Shown here: positions 30,644 to 42,617 of the stretch, one piece after another | Numbering within the stretch: position 1 is the stretch's first letter | Layout: every line of letters begins with the position of its first letter | Assembly (NCBI GenBank): GCA_951406725.2 | Contig: OX597839.1 | Span: 22,940,001 to 23,004,000 of the forward strand | DNA: 64,000 nucleotides | Origin: Octopus vulgaris | Taxonomy: Eukaryota | Direction of reading: 5' to 3' | Made by a program: the position numbers and the translations under genes | The notes under the pieces: generated by a model | The model's input: only the letters and a program-made list of their open reading frames with translations | Databases searched by the model: none | What the model was told of the DNA's origin: nothing

Positions 30644-30852
30644 GAAATTTACAGAAAAACAAAATATGAAGACAGGTGTATGAACAACAAGCAGGTGTAT
30701 TAGTTTGATACTCGGGAAAGTTAGAAGGTCTTTTATGTTTCGAGCCTATGCTCTTCAACAGAAAGGAACACAAGGAAATAAACAGAGAGAGAATAAAAAG
30801 AATTGTGGATTTAGCGATCAATCATATATATATATATATATACACACATACA

Positions 30853-31025
30853 TACCATATTTTAACGTCTATAAGGAACCCTCATAATTTGGGGGTGGGG
30901 GGCTTAAAATTTGGAAAGAAAGGTTTTGTAAGGGATTTTAATACTATCTATGTATAAGAAACTCCCATATTTTTTAACGTAATTTTTGACAAAAAAGGGT
31001 TCCTTATACACATTAAAATAGGGTA
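30853..31025. repeat. Fold-back/MITE-like element with about 30 bp imperfect arms
   Basis: TACCATATTTTAACGTCTATAAGGAACCCT pairs with AGGGTTCCTTATACACATTAAAATAGGGTA. Confidence 0.65.
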
Positions 31026-31317
31026 TATATACAGTTTATTTGAGAAAGTCATATCCTCATTAGGGATTATATAATCCAAGGTATTCCACTGGTTTAATCT
31101 GTATCATATAATGGTAAAATCATTGGTTTGGATTATGGTTAGGATTATTGAAATTATCAATATTGGAGGGAAATAAGAAGAAATGGATTTATTTGTAATT
31201 TATTTACAAATAAATTATTAATTACATCCTTTTCTTCTCTATGTTTTTCTTCTTGTCTTCCTCCAAGATATATATATATATATATATATATATAGGCACA
31301 GGTGTGGCTGTGTGCTG

Positions 31318-31552
31318 AAGGTGGTGAGCTGGCAGAAATGTTTGCATGCCGGGCAAAATGCTTAGCAGTATTTCATCTGCCATAACATTCTGAGTTCAAA
31401 TTCCGCCGAGGTCGACTTTGCCTTTCATTCTTTTCGGGGTCGATAAATTAAGTACCAGTTACGCACTGGGGTCGATGTAATCGACTTAATCCCTTTGTCT
31501 GTCCTTGTTTGTCCCCTCTATGTTTAGCCCCTTGTGGGTAATAAAGAAATAA
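31318..31552 (+). mobile_element. SINE family B
   Basis: Matches 21547-21775. Confidence 0.85.
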
Positions 31553-32303
31553 GTATTTCATCTGCCATTACATTCCCAGCCACATGAACACAGATATATG
31601 TACACACACAAACGTAAACACATTCTGTAAACTTCTGAAAATGACAAAATAACACATCACTTTGGGCATGCATTATCACAGTGAATGAGATGGTGAGAAG
31701 ATCTAACAATGGACTTATTTCAACAATCACCTGAAGAGGTGCACTTTACACCTTGGCTGTAAGATAATGCTTACAGAACATCTCACCAATGTACTAAAGA
31801 TATAAAAAATATGTCGAAACAATTGTAGTGATTTTAAATAAAGAATATTGGTAATTCCTTTTGTATTTGGTTTGCAAGATTCTTTATGTGTTGAAGCACA
31901 TTTTATTGTGTCTGGGGAGAGTCAGTCTCTTTTAGTGCCTTAGCATGGAATAAACTGCCTGCGTCAGTTGTTGACTGCCATGACACTGCATCCTTTAAGG
32001 CCCTCATGCTTTCCGAAATCCGTCGAAACTACACCTGATTATATATGCACTTTAGATGAGTTGTGGTGCACCTGAGCACTGTACACAATGTTTATTATTA
32101 TTATTATTATTATTAATTTAACTCACTCACCGGTCCGATTTCTACTCATTTACTTATACTAAATTAGTAAGGTACTAAAAGACAAAGACTCTCTCCAGAT
32201 ACAATAAATTTGGTAGTTCCATTTTCTATCATTGATCTGTGTATTCTAACATGTATAAACATTAGCCAGAGAAGAATGTATGATTTTGAATTCTGTAACT
32301 TAC

Positions 32304-32586
32304 CGAGTGCACTTGAAGCACGCCTTATGGTAAACCACACCTTTGATAGAAACACGATCATCGCGAATACTAAAGCCACATAAACTGCAAAGGTCGGTCT
32401 GCGAGTTGCTTGCCATGTTATTCTGGCGTCGGGGCAAGCTGTGGTGACCGTAACCGATTGGCTGCAGACTACTGTTTGAGCATTGGTGCATCTGCGGAGG
32501 ACATGTCAAAGGTCGCTGGTTGCAGCCATATTTTTTGAGGCTGCGCAGACTGACGCTTTCGTCTTGAACGGAGTCGAACGACTCTT
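32304..32586 (-). CDS. Internal coding exon (283 nt) of a LIM-domain protein; encodes the N-terminal half of a LIM domain
   Basis: The minus strand shows a long polypyrimidine tract ending TTCCTTCCAG (AG at 32588-32587) and a CG|GTAAGT donor (GT at 32303-32302). The frame is open throughout: ESFDSVQDESVSLRSLKKYGCNQRPLTCPPQMHQCSNSSLQPIGYGHHSLPRRQNNMASNSQTDLCSLCGFSIRDDRVSIKGVVYHKACFKCTR. The end fits LIM C-x2-C-x16-H-x2-C-x2-C-x2-(C). Phase 1 in, phase 2 out. Gene identity cannot be determined from this exon. Confidence 0.9.
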
Positions 32587-34103
32587 CTGGAAGGAAAGAA
32601 GGAAAGAAAGAAAAAAAAGAAAGAAATTAAGAATTACATCAATAATTAAAAATGCCAAACGAATGACAGAGTAATAATAAATCTTGAAGAGATTAGAAGT
32701 ATATTACGAGGGGGGTGGGGGTGGAATATACAGACTGGAAGAGAACACTAAATATAATTTTGTCATCTGGCCAGAGTGGTCAGTAAAGTGACCACTAGAA
32801 ATAAACAGTACGGGTGTGTGCGTGTGTGGTGGGGGTGGAGGATGGGTGAGGCAGTAATGAGTTAATGGAGAACTAAAGAAGCTACAGGCAGTTTATCGAC
32901 AAAGCTACGATGTTTCTGATGGAATTGTTGCTGGTGTTATTGTTGTGGTTGTGGTTGGTGGTGCTGTTGTTAAATGTTACATTGCTTGTGTAACTGTAAT
33001 TGCTGTTGTTGTTGTTGTTGTTGGCAATGGCAACGATGGTTGTTATAGTTATATTGCCTTTGGCGCTAATGATGATAATGACAGTAGTAGGGGGGAGGGG
33101 TAGTGAAGGTGATGTTTGTGACGGGGGTGTGGTAGTGGTGGTATTGGTGGTGGTGATGGTTGTTGTGGTTTTGCCACCTCTGGTCATAAGGATGATGGTG
33201 GCATTGGTGGTGGTAATGGTGTTGGTGGTGATGTAGTGGTGGTGGCGATGGTGGTGGTGGTGGCAATGGTGGTGGTGGTGGCGATGGTGGTGGTGGTGGC
33301 GATGGTGGTGGTGGTGGCGATGGTGGTGGTGGTGGTGGTATTAGTAGTGATAATGGTGGTGGTAGTGGTGTTGGTGATGGTAGTGATAGTGGTGGAGGTG
33401 GTAGCAATGGTGGTGGTGGTGGTGGTGGTAGTGATACTGGTTAGTGGTGGTGGTGGTGTTGGTAGTGATAGTGGTGGTGATGTGGGTGGTGGTGGAGGTG
33501 GTGATGGTGATAGTGGCAGTAATGATGATGATGGTGACAGTGATGATGACAATGATGATGGTGATGATAGTAGTGACAATAATACTAGTCGTGGTGGTGA
33601 TGTTGACGACATTAACAATGTCTTTGGTGGCAGCGGTGGTGGTGGTGGTGGCAGTGGTGGTGGCGGCGGCGGCGGTGGTGGTGAGAGACGAGAGCATTGT
33701 TGGTTTGCTGTTCAGTTCTTATTGTCTGCCACTGAAAGCAGAGTTCTTGCCGCAGGCGATATTGGCCACCGACTATAATTGGTCATTATACTTACCATTC
33801 TATTGTAGAATAGCACTCCAAGAGTAGCTGAACCATTCCTAAAAGAGTGGAGACAATCTTGACAGAGGAGCCAACCACGGAATTATGTCAATACTCGTTA
33901 GATTCGGCTATAATTAGCATGCCATTATGAGATTTCAAGACAACCATCAAATTCCTTTCATATTTGATAAGTAATTTCCACAAGTCAAGTGCAGAGGAAT
34001 ATATGAAGAATTCTCCCTTTCAGCTGAGTTGGAGAGGTAGTCACGTGGAAGTGAGTAAATGGAAAAACTGCGAAATGACAGGAACATATTATTGTCATTA
34101 TTA

Positions 34104-34149
<46 letters not shown>

Positions 34150-34344
34150 GGTGGTGAGCTGGTAGAATCATTAGCAAGCTGGATGAAATGCTTAGCAGTA
34201 TTTCACTCGTCACTATGCCGAGTTTGACTTTGCCTTTCATCCTTTCGGGGTCTATTAATTAAGTACCAGTTACATACTGGGGTCAATCTAATCGACTGTC
34301 CCACTCCCCAAAAATTTCAGGCCCTTGTGCCTAGAGTAGAAAAG

Positions 34345-34380
<36 letters not shown>

Positions 34381-34383
<3 letters not shown>

Positions 34384-34996
34384 TAGTTTTATTTTTATAG
34401 CGTGCTTTCTCTTCACTACCGAGTGCAGCTCTGTGTGCCTTGGGTATGTGCTGTGATTTGTTGTGATGCTCTGATGGTTATTGTATGGAAAGTGTTCTGC
34501 GTAGGATGTGTGCAGTGCCTAGTAGTGCAATTTTCTGTATGTTATATGTGTTTGTAAGTCCTGGTACTTTTGTTATGTATTTGTCTGAATATTTTTTTAT
34601 CATGCCTAATGCACCTACTATGATAGGAATTGTTTCTGTTTTTAGACTCCACATTCTGGTTACCTCTATTTCCAGGTCTTTGTATTTTGAAAGTTTCTCC
34701 ATTTCTTTTAGGGAAATGTTGTCATCTACTGGTATTGATACATCAATTAGAAAGCATTTTTTTCTTCTAGATCTCTGACAACTATATCTGGTCTGTTGGC
34801 CTTAATTTCTCTATCTGTGTGTATTGGCATATCCCAGAGTATGGTTGCTTTCTCGTTTTCAGCGATCTTTTCTGGTGTGTGCCTATACCATCTTTTTTCT
34901 GTTGTTATTCCATAATGTTGGCATAGTTTCCAGTGTATATAGGTCCCAACTCTGTCGTGTCTGTGAATATACTCCTTCTTAGCCAGGACTGGGCTA
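34381..34996 (-). mobile_element. 5'-truncated R4/Dong-like non-LTR retrotransposon (RLE endonuclease C-terminus plus 3' UTR) inserted in (TAA)n
   Basis: Translation reads YIHRHDRVG..ILWDMPIHTDREIKANRPDIVV, then a frameshift near 34765, then KCFLIDVSIP..EKLSKYKDL..PIIVGALG..IQKIALLGTAHILRR. These are the RHD and PD..D restriction-like endonuclease motifs. AATAAA lies near the 3' end, and (TAA)n flanks both sides, the known Dong target. Confidence 0.9.
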
Positions 34997-34998
34997 TC

Positions 34999-35048
<50 letters not shown>

Positions 35049-35924
35049 TATTATTATTATTATTAAGATAGCAAGCTGGCATAACCGTTAGCACATTGGG
35101 TGAAATGCTTAGTGTCATTTCACCAGTCTTTATATTCAGAGTTCAAATTCTACCAGGGTCAACTTTGCCTTTCATCCTTTTGGGGTGAATAAAATAGGTG
35201 CCAGCTAAACACTGGCACCACATAAAAAGCACCCATGCCGGCACAGTGCCACATTAAAAACACCCATGCTGGTGCAGTGTCGCATAAAAAGCACCCATGC
35301 TGGTGCCATGTAAAAAGCATCTGTGCCAAGTCAAGTAAAAAGCACCAAGTACACTCTGTAGAGTGATTGGCATTAGGAAGGGCATCCAGCTGTGGAAACC
35401 ATGACAAATCGGACTGGAACCTGGTCAAACTGTCCAACCCATGCCAGCATGGAAAATTAACATGATGATGATGATGGATACTGTGTCCTACCATATGTTA
35501 GCAGTGCTTAGATTTCAATTTAATGTTGCCTTTATAGATTTTCTCTGGAATTCAGAGCCAGTGCTATAATTTATGTTTCGCAAACAAATGAGTATTTATT
35601 TACAGAACATCGTAGCTTAGAGTGGTGGGTCTGAATGCCATGGACAAACCTGTCGAGATAAGAGTGAAATGCTGCAGAATATATGTCTGTGTCTATCACT
35701 TGTGGTGATATGACTAAGTGTATGTCAAGTGATGGTGTATTACGACAGGCATAACGGCTGATACGAGATGATGTAATTCATGAGAGCATCCATACTTCAG
35801 TGGAAACAATGGGACAGGGAGAGATGTGCCTGTGCAGATTGGAATTGAGGAGGAAACGGGTGAGGTCAGACTGGAGTGGTGGCGGCATCGGTTGTAGCAT
35901 CGGTAGTGGCAGAGAAGGGAGAGG

Positions 35925-36337
35925 AGATGATGATGATGATGATGATGATGATGGTGGTAGTGATGGCAATGGTATGATGATGATGATGACAACGATGATG
36001 GCAATGATGAAGAGGAAGAAGAGCAGGATGATGATGATGATGGCAATGATGATGATGATGGTGGTGGTGATGGCAACAGTATGATGATGATGATGATGAT
36101 GATGATGGTGGTGATGGCAATGGTATGATGATGATGATGACAACGATGATGGCAATGATGAAGAGGAAGGAGAGCAGGATGATGATGATGATGGCAATGA
36201 TGTTGATGATGATGGTGGTGATGGCAATAGTATGATGATGATGATGATGATGATGATGGTGGTGATGGCAATGGTATGATGATGATGATGGCAATGATGA
36301 TGATGATGATGATGATGATGGTGGTGATGGCAATAGT

Positions 36338-36370
<33 letters not shown>

Positions 36371-36470
36371 GTGGTGATGGCAATGGTATGATGATGATGA
36401 TGACAACGATGATGGCAATGATGAAGAGGAAGAAGAGCAGGATGATGATGATGATGATGATGATGATGGT
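35925..36470. repeat. Compound (GAT)n/(GGT)n microsatellite with higher-order duplication
   Basis: The block GACAACGATGATGGCAATGATGAAGAGGAAGAAGAGCAGG recurs three times (about 35990, 36140 and 36400). Confidence 0.9.
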
Positions 36471-36619
36471 AGACAGAAATAATCAGTGTGTGAACATAGT
36501 CATTGATTGATGCATTCATTACCACTGAATAATCAAACCCAGCCTGGGTCAGTGTGTCGTAATTAATCATCATCATCATCATCATCAATGGTCAGTCATT
36601 TTTTTTTTGTTTGTTTTTT

Positions 36620-37005
36620 ATGTTTCACTCATTAAACTGAACTGTGGCCATGCTGGGGCACCACCTTGAAGGACTGTAGTCGAACGAATCAACCTCAGGG
36701 TTTATTTTTTCTTTAAGCCTGGTACATACTCTATCAGTGTCTTTTGCCAAACTTTTGCTAAGTTACAAGGACATAAACACACCAACACCGACTGTCAAGT
36801 GGTGATGGGTGACAAACACACACACACACACACACACAAACATGTAATGATGGGATTCTTTCAGTTTCTGTCTACCAAATCCACTCACAAAGTTTTAGTC
36901 AAGCTGAAGCTATAGAAGACACTTGCCCAAGGTGCCATACAGTGGGACTGAACCCTGAACCGTGTGGCTAGCAAGCAAACTTCTTACCACATAACCATGT
37001 CAGCA
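36620..37005 (-). mobile_element. SINE family A, diverged
   Basis: Reverse-complement match. Confidence 0.82.
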
Positions 37006-37719
37006 CCTTTTTCGTTTTTCTTTCTTTTTTTTTTTTTTTTTAGAAATTGTAAAGAGAAAGCCAGCAAGGACAATAGAAAATAAAACTGACCGATCTAAAC
37101 ATAGCCACCATTTATGTAGTAGAACCTTCATTAAAATCTGATTCTTTTAAATCCATAAATTTAAGCAAATCTCAAGAGGAGGAAGACAGGAAAAGAAAAC
37201 AACAAAAATCTCAGCAATTCAACTGATTACGTTTTGTTTTCGTTCTTCTTTCAGACAAGATGGCAAATTGGCGACAAATACCAATTAGTACCAAAACTAA
37301 ACCACTTCAAATTGAGTTGGAACCGAAATAAGAAACCACGATGGTAAAAGATAGAATAATAAGCATTTGTTTTGTTGTCAAGTGTTTTGGAAGAATAAGA
37401 AGAACCAAAACAAAAGACAGAAGATTCAGAGACAGCATGACTGACGATTGACGTCTGACGATTGACGTATTTGCCTCAAGTAGAAATGGAGATATGATTT
37501 GATGAGTTACAGGCTTCAGCCATGTGAATAGATTTGTATCCAGGTGAGTAAATAATTTACTGAAGAGAGAGAGAGAGAGGACAGTGAGGTAGGGAAGTGT
37601 AAGGTACAGAAGGAAATGAAGGACCACCACCACCATCATCATCATCATCATTATCATTATAATAATACATCCATTTTCCATGCTGGCATGGGTTGGACAG
37701 TTTGGTAGGAGATAACAAG

Positions 37720-38177
37720 GTTGGAAGATGGCAAAGCTGAGAGAGAGCAAAACTGGGAGAGGGCAAGGCTGGGAGATGGAAAGGCTGGGAAAGGGCAAGG
37801 GAGGGAGAGGGAAAGGCTGGGAGAGAGCAAGGCTGGGAGATGGAAAGGCTGGGAGAGGGCAAGGCTGGAAGATAGCAAGGCTGGGAGAGGGCAAAGCTGG
37901 GAGAGGGCAAGGCTGGGAGAGGGCAAGGCTGGGAGATGGAAAGGCTGGGAAAGGGCAAGGGAGGGAGAGAGAAAGGCTGGGAGAGGGCAAGGCTGGGAAA
38001 GGGCAAGGGAGGGAGAGGGAAAGGCTGAGAGAGAGCAAAGCTGGGAGATGGAGAGGCTGGGAGAGGGCAAGGCTGGGAGAGGGCAAAGCTGGGAGAGGGC
38101 AAGGCTGGGAGATGGATAGCAAAGCTGGGAGACAGCAAGTTTGGGAGACGGTAAGGTTGGGAGATGGCAAGGCTGGA
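37720..38177. repeat. 16 bp purine-rich minisatellite (GGCAAGGCTGGGAGAG/T)n
   Basis: Roughly 28 variant copies; this is the source of the Pro/Ser/Leu-rich pseudo-ORFs. Confidence 0.92.
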
Positions 38178-38549
38178 GCAATGTAAAATAAAGTGTCTTG
38201 CTCAAGGCCGCTGTGCATCCCCTGGAATTGAACTGATGACCTTATGATTGTGAGTCAAACACACTAACCACTAAGCCACACACACACACCTCATTGAAAC
38301 CATACAGTTGTAAAACAAACTGCTCAGCCATATGGCCATTGCTACACTGCAATAAAAAAAAAAAAATCAGAAGTCTTATGGTTGTGACTGTAATTGATCC
38401 ATCAAAAGATGCAATATGCTATCAGGAATTGAACTCACAACCTTACGATTGTGAGCCAAATACCCTAACCACTAAGTTATGCACCTTATAAGACAAAGGA
38501 TCACCTTATCCAATGTATCGTTTTTTTTTTGTATTTAATGATACTCTCT

Positions 38550-38858
38550 TCTACTACAGCCTGGGGCTGACCAAAGCCTTGTCAGTGGATTTGGTAGACA
38601 GAAACTGAAAGAAACCATCATATATATATATATGTGTGTGTGTGTGTGTTTATGTGCCTGTGTTTGTCCCCTAACCATTGCTTGAGAACCAATGCTGGTG
38701 TGTTTACATCCCCATGACTTAGCGATTCGGCAAAAGAGAGTGATAGAATAGGTACTAGGCTTACAAAGAATAAGTCCTGGGGTCGTTTTTATCAACTAAA
38801 GGCAGTGCTCTAGCATGGCCTCAGCCAAATGACTGAAACAAGTAAAAGAATGAAAGAA
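38550..38858 (+). mobile_element. SINE family A, 5'-truncated
   Basis: Body and tail match; the head is absent. Confidence 0.82.
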
Positions 38859-39184
38859 TGCTGTCTCTACCATTTCCAGTGAGTCTATAAAGACTCCTTC
38901 CTGATCTCCTTTATCTATCAGCTCTACACAGAACATATTTGAAATTCAAAATTTTCAGACAAAATCTCTACAGAATAACAAACACCCATTATTTGGATCT
39001 CTTATAACTGATGTATATCAAAGCCGATGTCTGTTAGATGTCTCACAGCAACGTAGTAAACAACAGTTTGGAGTAGCCTTTTTTTTGGCTTTCATTACTG
39101 AAGAGATTTCACTGTTAGAAAAACCTGTTGGAGCCAAAATATTGATAAAATGTTCAACGACAGCGTTTGGTAGTCAAGGTCAAC

Positions 39185-39582
39185 AGGAGTGGCTGTGTGG
39201 TAAGTAGCTTGCTAACCAACCACATGGTTCCGGGTTCAGTCCCACTGCGTGGCATCTTGGGCAAGTGTCTTCTGCTATAGCCTCAGGCCGACCAAAGCCT
39301 TGTGAGTGGATTTGGTAGACGGAAACTGAAAGAAGCCTGTCGTATATATGTATATGTGTGTATGTGTTTGTGTGTCTGTGTTTGTACCCCTAGCATTGCT
39401 TGACAACCGATGCTGGTGTGTTTACGTCCCCGTCACTTAGCGGTTCGGCAAAAGAGACCAATTGAATTAGTACTGGGCTTACAAAGAACAAGTCCCGGGA
39501 TCGATTTGCTCGACTAAAAAAAGGCGGTGCTCCAGCATGGCCGCAGTCAAATGACTGAAGCATGTAAAAGAGTAAAAGAGAG
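39185..39582 (+). mobile_element. SINE family A, full length
   Basis: Near-identical to the other young copies. Confidence 0.9.
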
Positions 39583-40169
39583 AGATATTGAAATTGGTCT
39601 ATACACATTGATGATGGCACTAATGACTGTTTTGTTAAAGCCATGTGCTGTACTTATAACAATATACTAATATACCAGTTTCTGTTCCCTTGTACTTAAA
39701 GCAAGGGGAAGAATTTAAACTGAAACACAATCTCTAACATTAGAAATGATCTCACCAAAAGAATTCAAACAGTACACAGCTTGTCTTCAACTTTACCCCC
39801 ACCTCTCTCTCCCTCACTCTTAATCCGTCCGTCTGTCTATCTACCTATCTATTTATCTATCTAGCACACATGCATACTTACATACATACAGTAAATATTA
39901 AGCATGAAACATCGTGTGTACTCCATCCTCTAAAGTACTTGGTGGTTGGAAGGACACCCAAATAGGAAAACTACAAAAATAAGCACAAAAAAAGAACCCC
40001 TGCTATCTCCATTGCTAATGAAGAAGGGTCATTAGGAGTAGTCTGACATGATGAGACAAGTCTAGAAAAAAACCACAAAAAAATAGTGATAACAATGATG
40101 ATGATGCTGATGGTTAAATAAATTTACAACAATCTTTTAATTTTTCCAAAATTTAATTGTTTTCCACAC

Positions 40170-40256
40170 TTACATTTGATAAAGTCTCAATGACTGAAAC
40201 CGGTACTGAAATGTTCTTTATAAAATTATTTTAGCATTTTCTACCTTGACTTTTTT

Positions 40257-40258
<2 letters not shown>
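40170..40258 (+). mobile_element. Single-arm copy of the 61.5 kb fold-back family, with a hammerhead-like motif
   Basis: TTGATAA AGTC TCAAT GACT GAAACCGGTA CTGAAATGTTCTTTATAAAATTATTTTAGCATTTTCTA matches 61620-61690 and also ends in (TA)n. Confidence 0.75.
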
Positions 40259-40307
<49 letters not shown>

Positions 40308-40310
<3 letters not shown>

Positions 40311-40625
40311 GGTAAGACCCCCTTCGGTCATGAATGACCATGGGATTGCACCTAGAAAGTTCCCCTCTGAGGCACAAGTCCGGGCAAGGTTGTTTATGGA
40401 AGACCAGCAGTCGCCCATGCATACCGGCCTTCCCTCTCCACGCCACCAGTGTTATCCAAGGGAAAGACAAAGGTCGATACAGCTTGGCACCAGTGACGTC
40501 GCAACTCATTTCTACAGCTGACTGAACTGGAGCAACATGAAAAATAAAGTGCTTTGCTCAAGAACACAACACGCAGCCCGGACTGGGATTCATCACGATC
40601 AGCTCGACGCCATGCCATGCACCTT
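40308..40625 (-). mobile_element. SINE family E (CORE-like TTCTTGAGCAA box, distinct 3' tail)
   Basis: The block ATGAATGACCATGGGATTGCACCTAGAAAGTTCCCCTC also occurs at about 19430-19700 and 26628-26740. Confidence 0.75.
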
Positions 40626-40686
<61 letters not shown>

Positions 40687-41122
40687 GTGCCTGTGTTGGT
40701 CCCCGCCACCATTGCTTGACAACCAATGTTGGTGTGCCCCATGGCCTTGTCGTTAGAGTGTCACACTCGTTATCACCAAATCATGTGTTCAATTCCAAGA
40801 CTGGGTGACGTGTTGAGTTCTTGAGCAAAACACTTCATTTCATGTTGCTTTGGTGCTGTGTGGGGACCAGCTTGCCAAAGAATCGGCCCAACATTTCTTC
40901 CTCGGCATGTCATAAAGGCCGACTAAAAATGGCTGAGGTAGAATTTGCACTCCGACCCCATAAAACCCCCTCACCAGCAATGACTACCCCCCCACGAGCA
41001 GACCCATGGGTTGGAAGCTTGTCGCCTCCGTGGTGCAAAGGTGTTGTCCTCCAGGATTAGTAAGGAATCACCAACTGTGGATGCAGAAATCCACTGTTAC
41101 AGCGCATGACCCATTATTAATC

Positions 41123-41155
<33 letters not shown>

Positions 41156-41174
41156 TCACTACTACTACTACTAT

Positions 41175-41209
<35 letters not shown>

Positions 41210-41210
41210 T

Positions 41211-41242
<32 letters not shown>

Positions 41243-41243
41243 T

Positions 41244-41296
<53 letters not shown>

Positions 41297-42202
41297 TCAC
41301 TACTACTACTACTTTCTTAAAGAAAACTGTAAATAGCATGTTATATAAACAAAGAACACTTTTACAATTTTTTGCTAAAATGGTCGAAAGTTTTTGGTCT
41401 TCACTCAACTGAATAAAATCAGTGGAAGAATTGCAGACAAAATAAGCAACTAAAGTTATTTTCAGTTGAAGAAATTGAATAAAATACATTAAAAAAAAAC
41501 AACATATTTTTGGAAATTGTGGCTTTTCTAGTGCAGTGTTTTCTTGTGTTAAATGAAACTAGATTTCTAACAGAACAACGCATATATATATGAACACATG
41601 GCTGCATGTGTGTACGTGTGTGTAAGCATGTGCATATTATGTTTGTATGCGCATAAAATGGATGCACATAAACATGCCATGAGAACGTAAGGTTTCTGTA
41701 CACAAGAATCATTTGGTGAACAATAAAACTTCCAAAGATGAAAGGTAAAATAATTTGGCTTCAAGTTCTGCTTTTCAGGTGTGTTTACAAAATCGTTATC
41801 ATCTGAGAATAAAACAGAATCTAACAGTCACCGAACGTTGTGTGTGTGTGTGGAGTGGATTGCATTGCTGAAGGCTGCTACTTTGTCTCTGTGTTTGCTG
41901 TAGTTAAAGGGGTGTTATGTTGAAGGAAGCGGTAGGCCAATTTGGCTACCACACAGGGTGTTCAAATCCAAGTTACGCCGCAACGCTCACAAGGGTTCAA
42001 CAATCTGACTAGGGGACCAAACATGTGGAGCGAGGGATGAGATATGGAACTTGTGGATTGAATCTAGGTGTCATTGATTCTGTAACCCTATGGTGTGGCT
42101 CTTCATTGGTTGCAACAGTGAGTGCTCCAGTTGGCCAGATCAACAGGACAACCTGCGGGTGAAATTAACGTGCATGTGGCTGAGTACTCCACAGGCATAC
42201 CC

Positions 42203-42617
42203 TTTACTCTTTTACTCTTTTACTTGTTTCAGTCATTTGACTGTGGCCATGCTGGAGCACCGCCTTTAGTTGAGCAACTCGACCCCGGGACTTATTCCTT
42301 GTAAGCCCAGTACTTATTCTATCGCTCTCTTTTTGCCGAACCGCTAAGTGACGGGGACATAAACACACCAGCATCGGTTGTCAAGCAATGCTAGGGGGAC
42401 AAACACAGACACACAAACATATATGCACACATATATATATATACATATATACGACAGGCTTCTTTCAGTTTCCGTCTACCAAATCCACTCACAAGGCATT
42501 GGTCGGCCCGGGGCTATAGCAGAAGACACTTGCCCAAGATGCCACGCAGTGGGACTGAACCCGGAACCATGTGGTTGGTAGGCAAGCTACTTACCACATA
42601 GCCACTCCTGCACCTAT
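42203..42617 (-). mobile_element. SINE family A, full length
   Basis: Reverse complement, near-identical. A 3' half copy also lies at about 43523-43725. Confidence 0.9.

Noticed and set aside
37307-38218. 303-aa ORF, the longest in the track
   Set aside because: It is built from a 16 bp minisatellite, a SINE tail and a microsatellite, and is not a plausible protein.
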